From contig CAXXXF010000018.1 in the NCBI GenBank assembly GCA_963667175.2, positions 256,001 through 320,000 on the forward strand: a DNA stretch of 64,000 nucleotides, in the 5' to 3' direction. The translations under genes and the position numbers were made by a program. This document shows, piece after piece, positions 9,834 to 19,600 of the stretch. Source of the stretch: Candidatus Latescibacterota bacterium (GTDB lineage Bacteria > Latescibacterota > UBA2968 > GCA-2709665). The notes beneath the pieces were generated by a model, which worked only from the letters and a program-made list of their open reading frames with translations, made no database searches and was not told the origin of the DNA. Position 1 is the first letter of the stretch. Every line of letters begins with the position of its first letter.

Positions 9834-11815
9834 GCCGTCACCTCCCTAAGCAGCCGGATGATTTTCTCTTCGGCCTGCTTCAGATCCGCGTCGATCTCCT
9901 CCAGCGGTCGGGGTGGCGTGTGCTTGTTGAAGTGCCGGTTGAAGTTGATCTCGTACCCGACCTTGTCCTTGCTTCTGTCCATCCAGGCTTCGGGCACATG
10001 GGGGAGGACCTCACGCTCGAAGTAGGCGTCGACGTCCTCAGCGAGCGGCACATTCTCGAAGTCTCGGAGTTCGGCGTCGGGCTCGTATTCGTTCTCTCGG
10101 CCATCCTTCCTGACCGGTTCGCCGTCCGGATCTTTAACGGTGAAGACGTCTCGGAAGAGCCTCTGTTCTACCTTCTTCCAGCGCGATTGGCGCTTATACA
10201 GGAGAGCGCTGATATTTCCCCAGGTCGCATTCCAGTCGCGCATGGGCTCGCGTCCCAACACTTTATCGATGTCCTGGACGTCATCCAGCAGGTACGGACA
10301 CGCGTCCAGGAAACGCGCTTTGTCTTCAAAGGTCATCTGGTAGCGTAGGCGCAGAGGGCGCTCCACGGTCACGCGATTATAGCCGAAGTCCTCGTTGTCG
10401 AAAATCTTCGAGCGATCACATTCCTCGAACCGACCGTAAAGTCGCACAATTTCCCCGGCATGTTCAGCGCTGATGTGCCGGCGTTTGTCGCCCAGACTGC
10501 GTCTGTTGTCGTCGCTTCCGCCGGCTGTCCACATCTCGCGGGCGTCGACCAGTTGAATCTTCCCGGTTCGGTTATCTTCCTTGCGGTTGGTGACAATCCA
10601 GATATACGTACCGATGCCCGTATTGTAGAACATCTGCTCAGGCAGGGCGATGATGGCCTCCAGCCAGTCATTTTCGATTATCCACTTGCGAATGTCGCTT
10701 TCGCCGGATCCGGCGCCGCCGGTGAAGAGGGGCGAGCCGCTGAACACAATCGCAAGGCGAGACCCATGCTTGTGCTCCTCCGGACGCAAGGGTTCGAACT
10801 TTCGGACCATGTGCTGCAGGAAAAGCATCGATCCATCGTTTACGCGGGGCAGTCCTGCGCCGAAACGGCCCGCGAAACCAAGCTTTTCGTGCTCATTGCG
10901 CACCTCGTTGCGTTGTTTCTTCCAGTCCACGCCGAAGGGGGGATTCGTAAGAAAGTAGTCAAAGGTCTCTCCGTCGAACTGGTCTTGCGTCAAACTGTCG
11001 CCGAATCGGACGTTGTCACCGCCGCCGTCGTGGTCGACCTGCTTCATCAGCGTGTCTGAAGCGGCTGTGGCAAAGGCGCGCTGGTTGTAATCCTGTCCGT
11101 AGACGTACAACCGCGCGGCACTGTGGTGCTCCCGCTGGTAGTTCTGCGCTTCGGCCAACATGCCGCCCGTGCCGCAGGCGGGGTCGAGCAGCTTGCGCAC
11201 GACGCCTGGCGTCGCGAGAAGCTCATCGTCGTTAATGAACAGAATGTTCACCATCAGTCTGATAACGTCACGTGGCGTGAAGTGATCGCCCGCGGTCTCG
11301 TTTGCCAGTTCATTGAACCGACGGATCAGATGCTCGAAGAGCAGCCCCATCTGCTCGTTGGGAACCCGGTCCGGGTGCAGATCCACGTCACAGAACTTTG
11401 AGACGATCATATAGAGGAGGTTGGCCTCTCGCATCTTCTCGATTTCAGTCTCGAACTCGAAGTACTCGAAGATGTCGCGCACGTTTTTCGAGAACCCATG
11501 GATGTAACTGACAAGGTGTTGGGCGACGTTGTCCGGGTCGCCCTTGAGTTTCTCAAAGTTTAGCGGTGAGCGGTTGTGGAAACGCTCATTGGCGGCCCTG
11601 TTCAACCTGGCTTCGAGCGCGCGACCCCTGAACCTGCCGCGAGAGCGTTCGTACTCAGCGAGCACGCCGGACCTGGTCGGTTCGAGCACGCAGTCGAACC
11701 GTCGAAGCACGGTCATGGGCAACATCACGCGCTCGTACTGCGGCGGCCGATACGGCCCACGCAGCAGGTCGGCGATGTGCCAGATCAGGTTCGCGAAGTA
11801 GCTGTGGTCAGGCAT
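9830..11815 (-). CDS. hsdM: Type I RM N6-adenine methyltransferase subunit M
   Basis: IWHIADLLRG, HFTPRDV, LDPACGTGGML, NPPF motifs. Confidence 0.97.
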   Translation of the reverse strand: MPDHSYFANLIWHIADLLRGPYRPPQYERVMLPMTVLRRFDCVLEPTRSGVLAEYERSRGRFRGRALEARLNRAANERFHNRSPLNFEKLKGDPDNVAQHLVSYIHGFSKNVRDIFEYFEFETEIEKMREANLLYMIVSKFCDVDLHPDRVPNEQMGLLFEHLIRRFNELANETAGDHFTPRDVIRLMVNILFINDDELLATPGVVRKLLDPACGTGGMLAEAQNYQREHHSAARLYVYGQDYNQRAFATAASDTLMKQVDHDGGGDNVRFGDSLTQDQFDGETFDYFLTNPPFGVDWKKQRNEVRNEHEKLGFAGRFGAGLPRVNDGSMLFLQHMVRKFEPLRPEEHKHGSRLAIVFSGSPLFTGGAGSGESDIRKWIIENDWLEAIIALPEQMFYNTGIGTYIWIVTNRKEDNRTGKIQLVDAREMWTAGGSDDNRRSLGDKRRHISAEHAGEIVRLYGRFEECDRSKIFDNEDFGYNRVTVERPLRLRYQMTFEDKARFLDACPYLLDDVQDIDKVLGREPMRDWNATWGNISALLYKRQSRWKKVEQRLFRDVFTVKDPDGEPVRKDGRENEYEPDAELRDFENVPLAEDVDAYFEREVLPHVPEAWMDRSKDKVGYEINFNRHFNKHTPPRPLEEIDADLKQAEEKIIRLLREVTA

Positions 11816-11880
11816 GGGTAAAATCGACTATAGATTTGGTTGCGATTTTCGTTTTGGTTTAACGATGTTCACAAGAGGCC

Positions 11881-11965
11881 GCCGCCAGGACGGCTTCGCG
11901 CGAGACCGACGGATAGCTCAATCTAATCTAATCGGGATCCAGACCGGAAGCCAGATTGTCCAGAA
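11881..11965. repeat. Repeat A copy 1 (promoter-like, upstream of hsdM)
   Basis: Ungapped match to 22050-22134, about 70/85 nt by manual count; minus strand has TGGCTT-17-TAGATT. Confidence 0.85.
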
Positions 11966-12050
11966 CCTCAGTCCCTACGTGCCAATATAGGGTGAGACAA
12001 CTTCCCCTTCGAGATTAATGTCGTATCATGGGCGGAGAGGAGAACAAGAG

Positions 12051-12518
12051 ATGAGGTCAAGGACCGATGTTGTAGGCAACGGCAGCAAGGGGTCTCTGGT
12101 TGTGGAGGTCCCGCGCGGGACCTCCACAACCACGAGGCCGGATCCGGAAGTGCCGGCGCGTGCGCGGCGTCGCCGTTTCACGGCAAAGTACAAGCTTCGC
12201 ATCTTGGAAGAGGCCGATGCGTGTCGCGCTCCTGGTGAAGTCGGCGCGCTGCTGCGCCGCGAGGGACTGTATTCCTCGCAGTTGACGCAGTGGCGTCGTG
12301 CGCGTCGCGAGGGGTCGCTCAAGGCGCTGTCGAAGCTGCGGGGACCGCAAGGGCGTCGCCGCGACGAGGTGGCCGTCGAGAACGAGCAACTGCGCAAGGA
12401 GATCGCCCGTTTGCGACGACGATTGGAACAGGCGAACACGATCCTCGAGATCCAAAAAAAAGCCTCCGAGATCCTGGGCATCCCCCTGAACCCGCCAGCA
12501 GGCGACGACGACGTATGA
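12051..12518 (+). CDS. IS3 transposase OrfA
   Basis: RRRFTAKYKLRIL...REGLYSSQLTQWRR HTH followed by a coiled coil; start uncertain. Confidence 0.85.
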   Translation: MRSRTDVVGNGSKGSLVVEVPRGTSTTTRPDPEVPARARRRRFTAKYKLRILEEADACRAPGEVGALLRREGLYSSQLTQWRRARREGSLKALSKLRGPQGRRRDEVAVENEQLRKEIARLRRRLEQANTILEIQKKASEILGIPLNPPAGDDDV

Positions 12519-13528
12519 TACGGGCGGCAGAACAACTGGCCCCGAAGGTCGGGTTGGCTTCCGCGTGCCGGGCCCTGGGTGTGGCGCGGGCTTCGGTCTA
12601 CCGTGCGCGTCAGCCAGCCCAACGCGGGCCTCGTGGCGCCCGGTCCTCGTCGCCACGTGCGCTTTCCCAAAACGAGCGCGCTACCGTGCTGGACATCCTG
12701 CACGAGGACCGCTTCGTAGACCAGGCGCCACCGGCAGTCTACGCCGCGCTGCTCGAGGAAGGGCGGTATGTCTGCTCGATCCGGACCATGTACCGTCTGC
12801 TGCACGATGCAGGAGAGGTGCCCCAGCGGCGACACCAGCGGCGTCATCCACGTCTGGAACCGCCCCGCTTGATGGCGGATGCGCCCAACCAGGTCTGGAC
12901 ATGGGATATCACGCGGCTGCCAGGAACCCGCAAGTGGGAAACCTATCCCCTCTACGTCGTACTGGATCTGTTCTCACGCTATGTCGTGGCCTGGATGGTC
13001 GCCACAAGGGAAAGCGCCACATACGCCAAGCGCCTGATCACCAACGCCTGCAACAAGCAGGGCATTCAACCCGGACAACTGACGCTGCACCAGGACCGCG
13101 GCGCACCCATGACAGCCAAGACGTTTTCGCAGTTGCTGATGGACCTCGACATCCTGGCCAGCTACGCTCGACCCCGCGTCTCCGATGACAACCCGTATTC
13201 CGAAAGCCAGTTCAAAACGCTCAAATACGCGCCTTCATACCCCGGGCGCTTCACCGGTCCGCAAGAAGCCCGTACCTATTTACAGACCTTCTTTTCCTGG
13301 TACAACACGCAACACCGGCACAGTGGACTGGGCTTACTCACGCCCGACACCGTCCACCATGGGCTCACACAGCAGGTGCAAGCCGCCAGACAATCGGTGC
13401 TGGATCAGGCTTATCACAACCACCCTGAACGATTTGTTAAGGGGCATCCTCGACCACCACACGTTCCGGACCAAGTCTGGATTAACCAACCACAGAACAC
13501 CATCGAATGCCAACAACTGCTACACTAA
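12515..13528 (+). CDS. IS3 transposase OrfB (rve/DDE), likely fused to OrfA by -1 frameshift
   Basis: PNQVWTWDIT, LHQDRG, DDNPYSESQFKTLK, YNTQHRHSGL. Confidence 0.92.
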   Translation: MIRAAEQLAPKVGLASACRALGVARASVYRARQPAQRGPRGARSSSPRALSQNERATVLDILHEDRFVDQAPPAVYAALLEEGRYVCSIRTMYRLLHDAGEVPQRRHQRRHPRLEPPRLMADAPNQVWTWDITRLPGTRKWETYPLYVVLDLFSRYVVAWMVATRESATYAKRLITNACNKQGIQPGQLTLHQDRGAPMTAKTFSQLLMDLDILASYARPRVSDDNPYSESQFKTLKYAPSYPGRFTGPQEARTYLQTFFSWYNTQHRHSGLGLLTPDTVHHGLTQQVQAARQSVLDQAYHNHPERFVKGHPRPPHVPDQVWINQPQNTIECQQLLH

Positions 13529-13619
13529 ACCCCAACGGGAGGTGTCTCATTTCTATTGACACGTTCCGAGTCACCAGGACTCGCGTACCGGCGATGCACG
13601 CGATGTTTTCAAAAAACGC

Positions 13620-13650
13620 TTGACAAGGTATACACAAATAATGATCATTA
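13620..13650 (+). promoter_or_regulatory. -35 TTGACA with adjacent perfect palindrome TAATGATCATTA (putative operator)
   Basis: TTGACA at 13620-13625; 12-bp palindrome at 13639-13650; AAGGAG RBS before the GTG at 13689. Confidence 0.5.
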
Positions 13651-13688
13651 ATTATGAATAATAATGATATATAACCAAGGAGACTTTC

Positions 13689-14249
13689 GTGCTCAAAACG
13701 ATTGAAATTCCAACTTTTAGTCAAACGTGGATAAATTCCACCACACCTTTAATACGAAAAAAAAATGACGTACAACAACAAATGAATGAATTATTGGAAG
13801 AACCTGTTAGAGAAATAATACGAAACTTTCATGATTTAAATGACTCTTTAAAGCAAGGAATAAAAAAGGAGTTTGAATTTTATCAACGTCTTAAGACTTT
13901 TGATGATAACACAATCCAACAATTAAATGTAGATAAGCGGGAATTTGCCAGGTTAGATAATGTTTATGTTAATTTAAAAAATAGACAATCCCAATATAAA
14001 GAATTTAAGAATAATGTGATTGATACTATTGCTGAATTACAGTCTATCATAAAGGCAACACCAGCTCTATGGAAAGAATCAACACAATTAAACAAGGTAA
14101 AACGTAATATTAATCGAAATCTAAATCACATAATAGCCTTATCACAAGAATCAAGTTGGATCTTATCCATAATTATCGATACTCAATGCTCAGAGCGTAG
14201 TGACGTATATGACTCCGCCCATAAGGCACTAGAAGCCTTGTGGGAGTAA
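13689..14249 (+). CDS. Low-GC coiled-coil protein, putative antitoxin
   Basis: Good RBS, AT-rich, directly upstream of a RelE-like gene; C-terminal YDSAHKALEAL resembles antitoxin tails. Confidence 0.6.
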   Translation: MLKTIEIPTFSQTWINSTTPLIRKKNDVQQQMNELLEEPVREIIRNFHDLNDSLKQGIKKEFEFYQRLKTFDDNTIQQLNVDKREFARLDNVYVNLKNRQSQYKEFKNNVIDTIAELQSIIKATPALWKESTQLNKVKRNINRNLNHIIALSQESSWILSIIIDTQCSERSDVYDSAHKALEALWE

Positions 14250-14254
14250 CACAG

Positions 14255-14548
14255 ATGCTGCATAAACCTCTGGAGTCATTAAATCAAATTGCCTTTAGTC
14301 CTCGGGTGAAAAAACAACTACGCAAGTTACGCAGTCATATTGAAGGAACATTCGATAAAGCCTTATACGAACTACAGACAGGAGAACTATCTAACGGTCG
14401 TGAATTTAAGAAAGATCAATTCTTCTATACGATTCGATTAAATGATAATTATCGAATTGCTTTTACTATCGAAAAAGAAATACTACATATAAGATGCGTC
14501 GGCCCACATTCAACTATTGATCGCTATAGAAAAATTGGTGAATTATAG
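14255..14548 (+). CDS. RelE/ParE/HigB-like toxin
   Basis: About 98 aa; IAFSPRVKKQLRKL...YTIRLNDNYRIAF...VGPH pattern of RelE-superfamily mRNA interferases. Confidence 0.75.
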   Translation: MLHKPLESLNQIAFSPRVKKQLRKLRSHIEGTFDKALYELQTGELSNGREFKKDQFFYTIRLNDNYRIAFTIEKEILHIRCVGPHSTIDRYRKIGEL

Positions 14549-14705
14549 ACCATAATTAAATAAACCCCCCCAGAACCCCCGCCACAGATCCGCCTCCTCC
14601 CGCCAATAAAACTGATAACCCGCCTCTGGCAGATACTGTTCCGCCATTCCTCACTGTATCGGTGGTGAGTATCATACGCTTGACCTGCACCGCCTAACTT
14701 AATAT

Positions 14706-15029
14706 TTACTTGTGAAATTGACCACTAGGTTGTTTTCTCCATAGATCGTCCTGGGCGAATTGCTCGTGGGCGGTATCGCCGAGTCTCGGCGCCTCAAGCT
14801 GAATAACTGTCGAACCTGATTCCAGTCCAGTAATTGTAAAGTCGATCGAAGCGCCCAACCACGGTGGCCTCGCTCCCTTCCCCACGCCAACACCAGTGGC
14901 TATCAGGCGGGTGGCTCGCTCTGCGGTCGTGAGGAGGGCAGCCGTCACCCGGCGAAGGGTCGTCATTCTGATCTGCCCTTCGCCTTCTCTAAGACCACTG
15001 ATGCGGAGTTGATAGCGTTCTGTCTTCAT
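14706..15029 (-). pseudogene. Truncated N-terminal half of a hypothetical protein
   Basis: MKTERYQLRISGL...TGLESGSTVIQLEAP ends abruptly where the AT-rich insert begins; the GS-hydrophobic motif recalls AAAGSFQIVLEA in 4710-5843. Confidence 0.55.
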
Positions 15030-15214
15030 GGCGGTGTTCACCTTTGTTGTGTGCCGTTCTATAGCTCAGGTTCGGCAGCTTTGTAGTTTCGCGCTTTGTA
15101 TTCGCCCAAGAGTCTCGATACAAGCTGCGATGTGTTCAAAAAACGATCCCGTAGCTGACCTTTTCCCAGATCCGGTCCAACCAGGAGTCGGTCAGATCCG
15201 GCTGTACCGCCAGA

Positions 15215-15265
15215 TCAGTCATCGGGCATAATTTGTGAAGACGTCACGAGAACGTCAAATGTTCC
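15215..15265. repeat. Repeat B copy 2
   Basis: Matches 907-957; lies just downstream of the giant-ATPase operon. Confidence 0.75.
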
Positions 15266-15349
15266 GGCTTACGTCTTTCCGGGCATTCATTTCAGCAAGG
15301 ATAGGCGTTCTCAATTGTCGAAATATATAAGCCGAAAAAGACTACCCAT

Positions 15350-16648
15350 CTACAACCTTGTATTTAGGCCAGCCCTGATCGCCTTCTCTAACGCCGCGCA
15401 AAACCTTTCGTAATCCCGTAGGGATATCGGCCGATAGTGTGCCACTGCATTGCGGAGCTGGCGCGAATGGTGTACAAGTGGAAGCCATCGCTGTTCTACC
15501 TGTATATTAGGACATTTCTGCAGCAGATATTCCAAGTGTCCCCACTGACAGGCAAACGGCGTCTCTCTTACTTCCTGGCATTCTGTTTCTGTATCCGGCT
15601 CCTGCCATTTGTAAGGCCAATTCAATCCGTACGACCGGTTCAGATGAGTACATAGCACCAATCTAATCTCGTCAATCTCAGCCAGTAGGAATCCCGCTTG
15701 ACCTCGCCACAATCGATGATCCAATGTTTCCTTTTGATCCAATAGAGCTAAGACTGCGCTATGGCGTTCCAGCCCATATTCCGGAGTCCAATGGACCATT
15801 CCCCGAGCCCAAATCTTATACATTGAATTTGGTAATGCCCAATCCTCTTGCCAAAGTGTGGGATTTCGAGAATGGCTATGTAAAGGCCAATCCTCCAATT
15901 CCGTCCGATCCCATCCACGTTGCTGACCATAAGCCCGCAGTAGGTGCGCTAATTCCGCTCTATCGCTATACACTTGAGACCAAAGATAATCTGCCAAATC
16001 TATATCAGAGCCCGCAATGGCCGGAATCGTGTGCTCTTTCCATCGGCTTAAGGGACCGGTATCCTGATCGGATGCCAGGCGACACAGGAGTCGCATCTCC
16101 AATGTCGTGGGGATGCCTCTCCAAGGACGGATAGAAAGGAATACATTAGTTTCGGGAAGTGGGTAATGTACTTGAGACGCATGGGCTATCAAACAAAACG
16201 CCGGGAAGATTTCGACTCCATCTTCGTCGGTGGAGTGCATTCCTTGACAAACCTGCGCCCACTGCACCACAAAGCGAAGCCACTTTACTCGATCTTCTTC
16301 TTCCAGTTGATCAAACCCATCGAGAAACAGGATTTCCGGCAAGTCTGCTCGTTTCAGTAGATTCTCAACTGTCCTCGGCGTGGAGGATGCACCCCAATCT
16401 ACTCCGAGAGCCTGGCCCAAAGCTGCAGCCGGCGTTTGGACGTCTAACTGTGATATGAGGATCTGGTCAATCTGTAAGTGCCAGTGGTCGAGTCCTTCCC
16501 TCAAGGCCAACCGCAACATACTTGGATCGATACCATCGGGAAACAGAACCAAAACACTTCGGGCATGCCGTAAGTCGTCCTGTATCAGTTCCAACAAATG
16601 CCGGACGGTCGGCAGTTGCATCATGTAGGTGGTCAGTTCCAAGCTCAT
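15350..16648 (-). CDS. Hypothetical protein, possibly an inactive STAND-like domain (partner of giant ATPase)
   Basis: 432 aa, ATGA-type overlap with the upstream gene; Walker-B-like ILFLDGFD with no Walker A; C-terminal RNAVAH (HEPN-like RxxxxH). Confidence 0.7.
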   Translation of the reverse strand: MSLELTTYMMQLPTVRHLLELIQDDLRHARSVLVLFPDGIDPSMLRLALREGLDHWHLQIDQILISQLDVQTPAAALGQALGVDWGASSTPRTVENLLKRADLPEILFLDGFDQLEEEDRVKWLRFVVQWAQVCQGMHSTDEDGVEIFPAFCLIAHASQVHYPLPETNVFLSIRPWRGIPTTLEMRLLCRLASDQDTGPLSRWKEHTIPAIAGSDIDLADYLWSQVYSDRAELAHLLRAYGQQRGWDRTELEDWPLHSHSRNPTLWQEDWALPNSMYKIWARGMVHWTPEYGLERHSAVLALLDQKETLDHRLWRGQAGFLLAEIDEIRLVLCTHLNRSYGLNWPYKWQEPDTETECQEVRETPFACQWGHLEYLLQKCPNIQVEQRWLPLVHHSRQLRNAVAHYRPISLRDYERFCAALEKAIRAGLNTRL

Positions 16649-19600
16649 AGAGGGCTAACTATTCGACCTATGACGGACTCAACGCGGTACTCTCCATCCC
16701 TTTTTTCGAGGCATCCCATCCGGGTCAAGAACTCCACAGCCAACTTGCAGTCCTCTAACGTGAGAGGAGGAGTTCCTTCCACCAGATCTCCCAAAGTCTC
16801 CAAATCCTCTTCTGAGACTTTGTCACATTCGACTAAAGTCCGTACTACTCGGCGAGACTCCGCCCGGGAATCCAAACCGACCTGCTGCAACAGCTTAGAG
16901 CCCAACTTGGATCCCGGACTGGCAACCTCCTCGATCAGACTTTTCGCATGAGATCGGGGGTCGTCATGGTCGCCGCACCGGCGCAAAAGGTCATCCAGCA
17001 AGAATGGCCACCCCCCGGTGGCCTCCAGCACCTTCCGGCAAATCTCGGGCGAATCCAGCTTATCGGCCTGGCTCAATCGCTGTTGAATTCCGACTTCGTT
17101 CCACCGACGCAGGTAAATGGAGTCAGTCCCATCCTCGAGGCCGGTACGCTGATCCGCAGGTAATCTCAGCCAGGTCCAGGCAGCCTCCGGTTTGAGGACA
17201 AAAACGACCCGTAGGGGCCGCCTACCCCTTTGGTTAAAATCCCCGCACATCAGCGATACTTTCCAGACGTATCGGGCCATATCGCCTCCTGTGCCCCTGA
17301 GCCGACCATAAGTCAATAACTGCTCGAACCCTCGTTGCTTTTTGGCGTGGGCGTCCAACCATGCACAGGTTCGATTGGCCTGGCTCAATTCTTGAGCAGG
17401 AATCTCACTGCCACCCATACGGTCTAAAGCCTGGTCCAACGCGTCCAGTCCCAATGCCTGGGAGCCAAAGACTAGACTCACGCCGGATGCCCCGGATTGT
17501 TGGATGCGGCCTTCTTCTACTAACGTCAACGGACTGTATCTGAGGCCCTGGTCACCCAATAGTACGTGCTGACTATCGGGCTGAAACTGGGTGGGCTGAG
17601 ATTTTTCCGATAGCTCCAACAGACGACTTTCTATATCCTCCTCGGTACCCATCATGCGGACGAGATTGGGACTGCGTAGCATGTATTGATTCTCATCCTG
17701 GTTGTGTACCAATATGCCCAGACCGACCATTTCTCCTAATAGTCCTCTCAAGGCTTCGGTGTGGACGTCATCGAAACCTTGAGGCCACCACTCTCGCGCC
17801 CGTTGGAGAAGCTCGTTCACGCTGAATGAACGGACATAGCTGTCTCGCGTCTCTTTTTGCTCATAGATCATGGACCACGCGATACACTGATATCGTGGAT
17901 CCAATTGCAGAGTCCAATCGAGCCGTTCCCGAATGACCTTTCGAGCTTGAGGCAAGCGATACACGGCCTCGACATCCTCCGAGCGCACTTTGTAAGGCGG
18001 TCCGGTAATGGACCTCTTGGCTTGCAGGCGGCGCACGAGTTCATGGCAGAAATACTGTATCAAACCGGGATGGTAGTTGGTGTAGGACAAAACTTTGAGC
18101 ACTGTGGTCTCATCAACGAACCGGTAACCCAGCGTCTCCAGAGGTTCCCGCACCAGGTCCCGGGCGGAACTGGCTTCGAGAGGTCCCACCAGTAAATTCT
18201 CGCCGAAGTGCGCCAAAGGCTGGTTGGGGATATCATTAAACCTTTGGACGTTGTGCAGTCCGGCAAAGACCACCTTGAAGCGAGATTGAGTATCCTGCAT
18301 TAGGGATCTCAGTCTTTCGACGACTTGGAAGCTGTTTTGAGCATCGGCACCCAGGAAGGAATCGGCTTCATCAAGCAGGACGAGAACACGCCGCTGCGGA
18401 GCCACATCCATTGCGTTTTGGATGTGGCTTATGATTCTGTCAGGTTGAGACGCCGCTATCCGCTCTCCGATTAGTGAGTGTTTCTTAAAGCCATCACGCA
18501 ATTTTATCCACAGTAGATCGGGCTGTTCGCCTGCCAGGGCATCACCCACCAGCTTGATGTCTTGGACCCAGGCATACCGCTCGTGATCTGGCTCGTGAAA
18601 CGTACGCTCTACCTGGCGCAATAGTGCGGACTTGCCCAACTGTCGCCCACCGAATACGATGCAGTTACCCTCGTTTTGTAGCTGACGCACCATTTTGTCG
18701 CGACCATAGTACATTTCAGGCGGTACGTTTCCTGCCTGGAACGGCGTATAGGGATTCAAAGCAGCGTAGGGCAAACTACAACGCAGGAAAGCTGGAAGGC
18801 GGGTATCGTCAAGCCTGGCCAGGAATGCCAGTAGGACCTCATCGAGCACCACGAGAGCCAATTCTCGTTGCCCGGCACGCGTGGCTATGTCTCCTCGTCG
18901 CCGTTCAGTCAATCGTCCGAGGAAAAAAACGATGACAGTCTTGGTATCCAGTCCTATTTCACGCAAAAAAGCTCCGATAGAGGCGGCACCAGGGCGTTCC
19001 CACAGACATACCACATCGTAGCGGCCATTGGCTTGCGAGCCCAGTTGAGGGATCGGCCGCGCGAGGTCGCTGGCCGATGCATCTACTTCGCAGTGGAGCC
19101 AATCCCGGCCTCGATTCTTCACTTTGACAGCCGATTCTCTTTCCGGTAGATGAAAACCAAGATATGCCAACAAGTTTGGTACATGCCGATGAGCAACTGT
19201 TGGCTGGTCCTGATGTCGCTTAAGCATGTGCCAGGATCGAAAGGCCCTGACGACTTCATCTCGGCGGGTTTTTGGTAACTCACCGAACGCCACCTTTTCC
19301 CAAGTTTTGCCTTTTTCAACCTCACGGGCCAATTGATTGACATTCCCCAAGCTTGCAAGCCCCGATTCAATACCTGGACTTGCATTCTTGAACTCACTTA
19401 AGTAGTCGCGTTCGGAAGGTGGGGCTAACCAGGCACTATCCCATTCAACCTCACCCTGGAGGACTTCGCGCAGGTGGGCTAAGCCTTCTTCGACGACTCT
19501 GGTATCGCCCTGTTTAAAGGATTTCTGAATAAACGCCTTCAAGGCTTTCATTTGGTCGACTTCGATCTTTTGCAATAGGCCTTGCCGCATTTCCTTCCAT

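Larger units (their letters stand above)
11980..13561 (+). mobile_element. IS3-family insertion sequence
   Basis: TG...CA ends with imperfect IRs (TGCCAATATAGGGTGAGACAACTTCCC / revcomp TGTCAATAGAAATGAGACACCTCCC); orfA HTH plus orfB DDE; A8G slippery site at 12454-12462. Confidence 0.93.

Noticed and set aside
15058-15222. Short ORF starting MTDLAVQPDL within repeat B
   Set aside because: It hits a stop after ~28 codons and has no recognisable family; at most a remnant.
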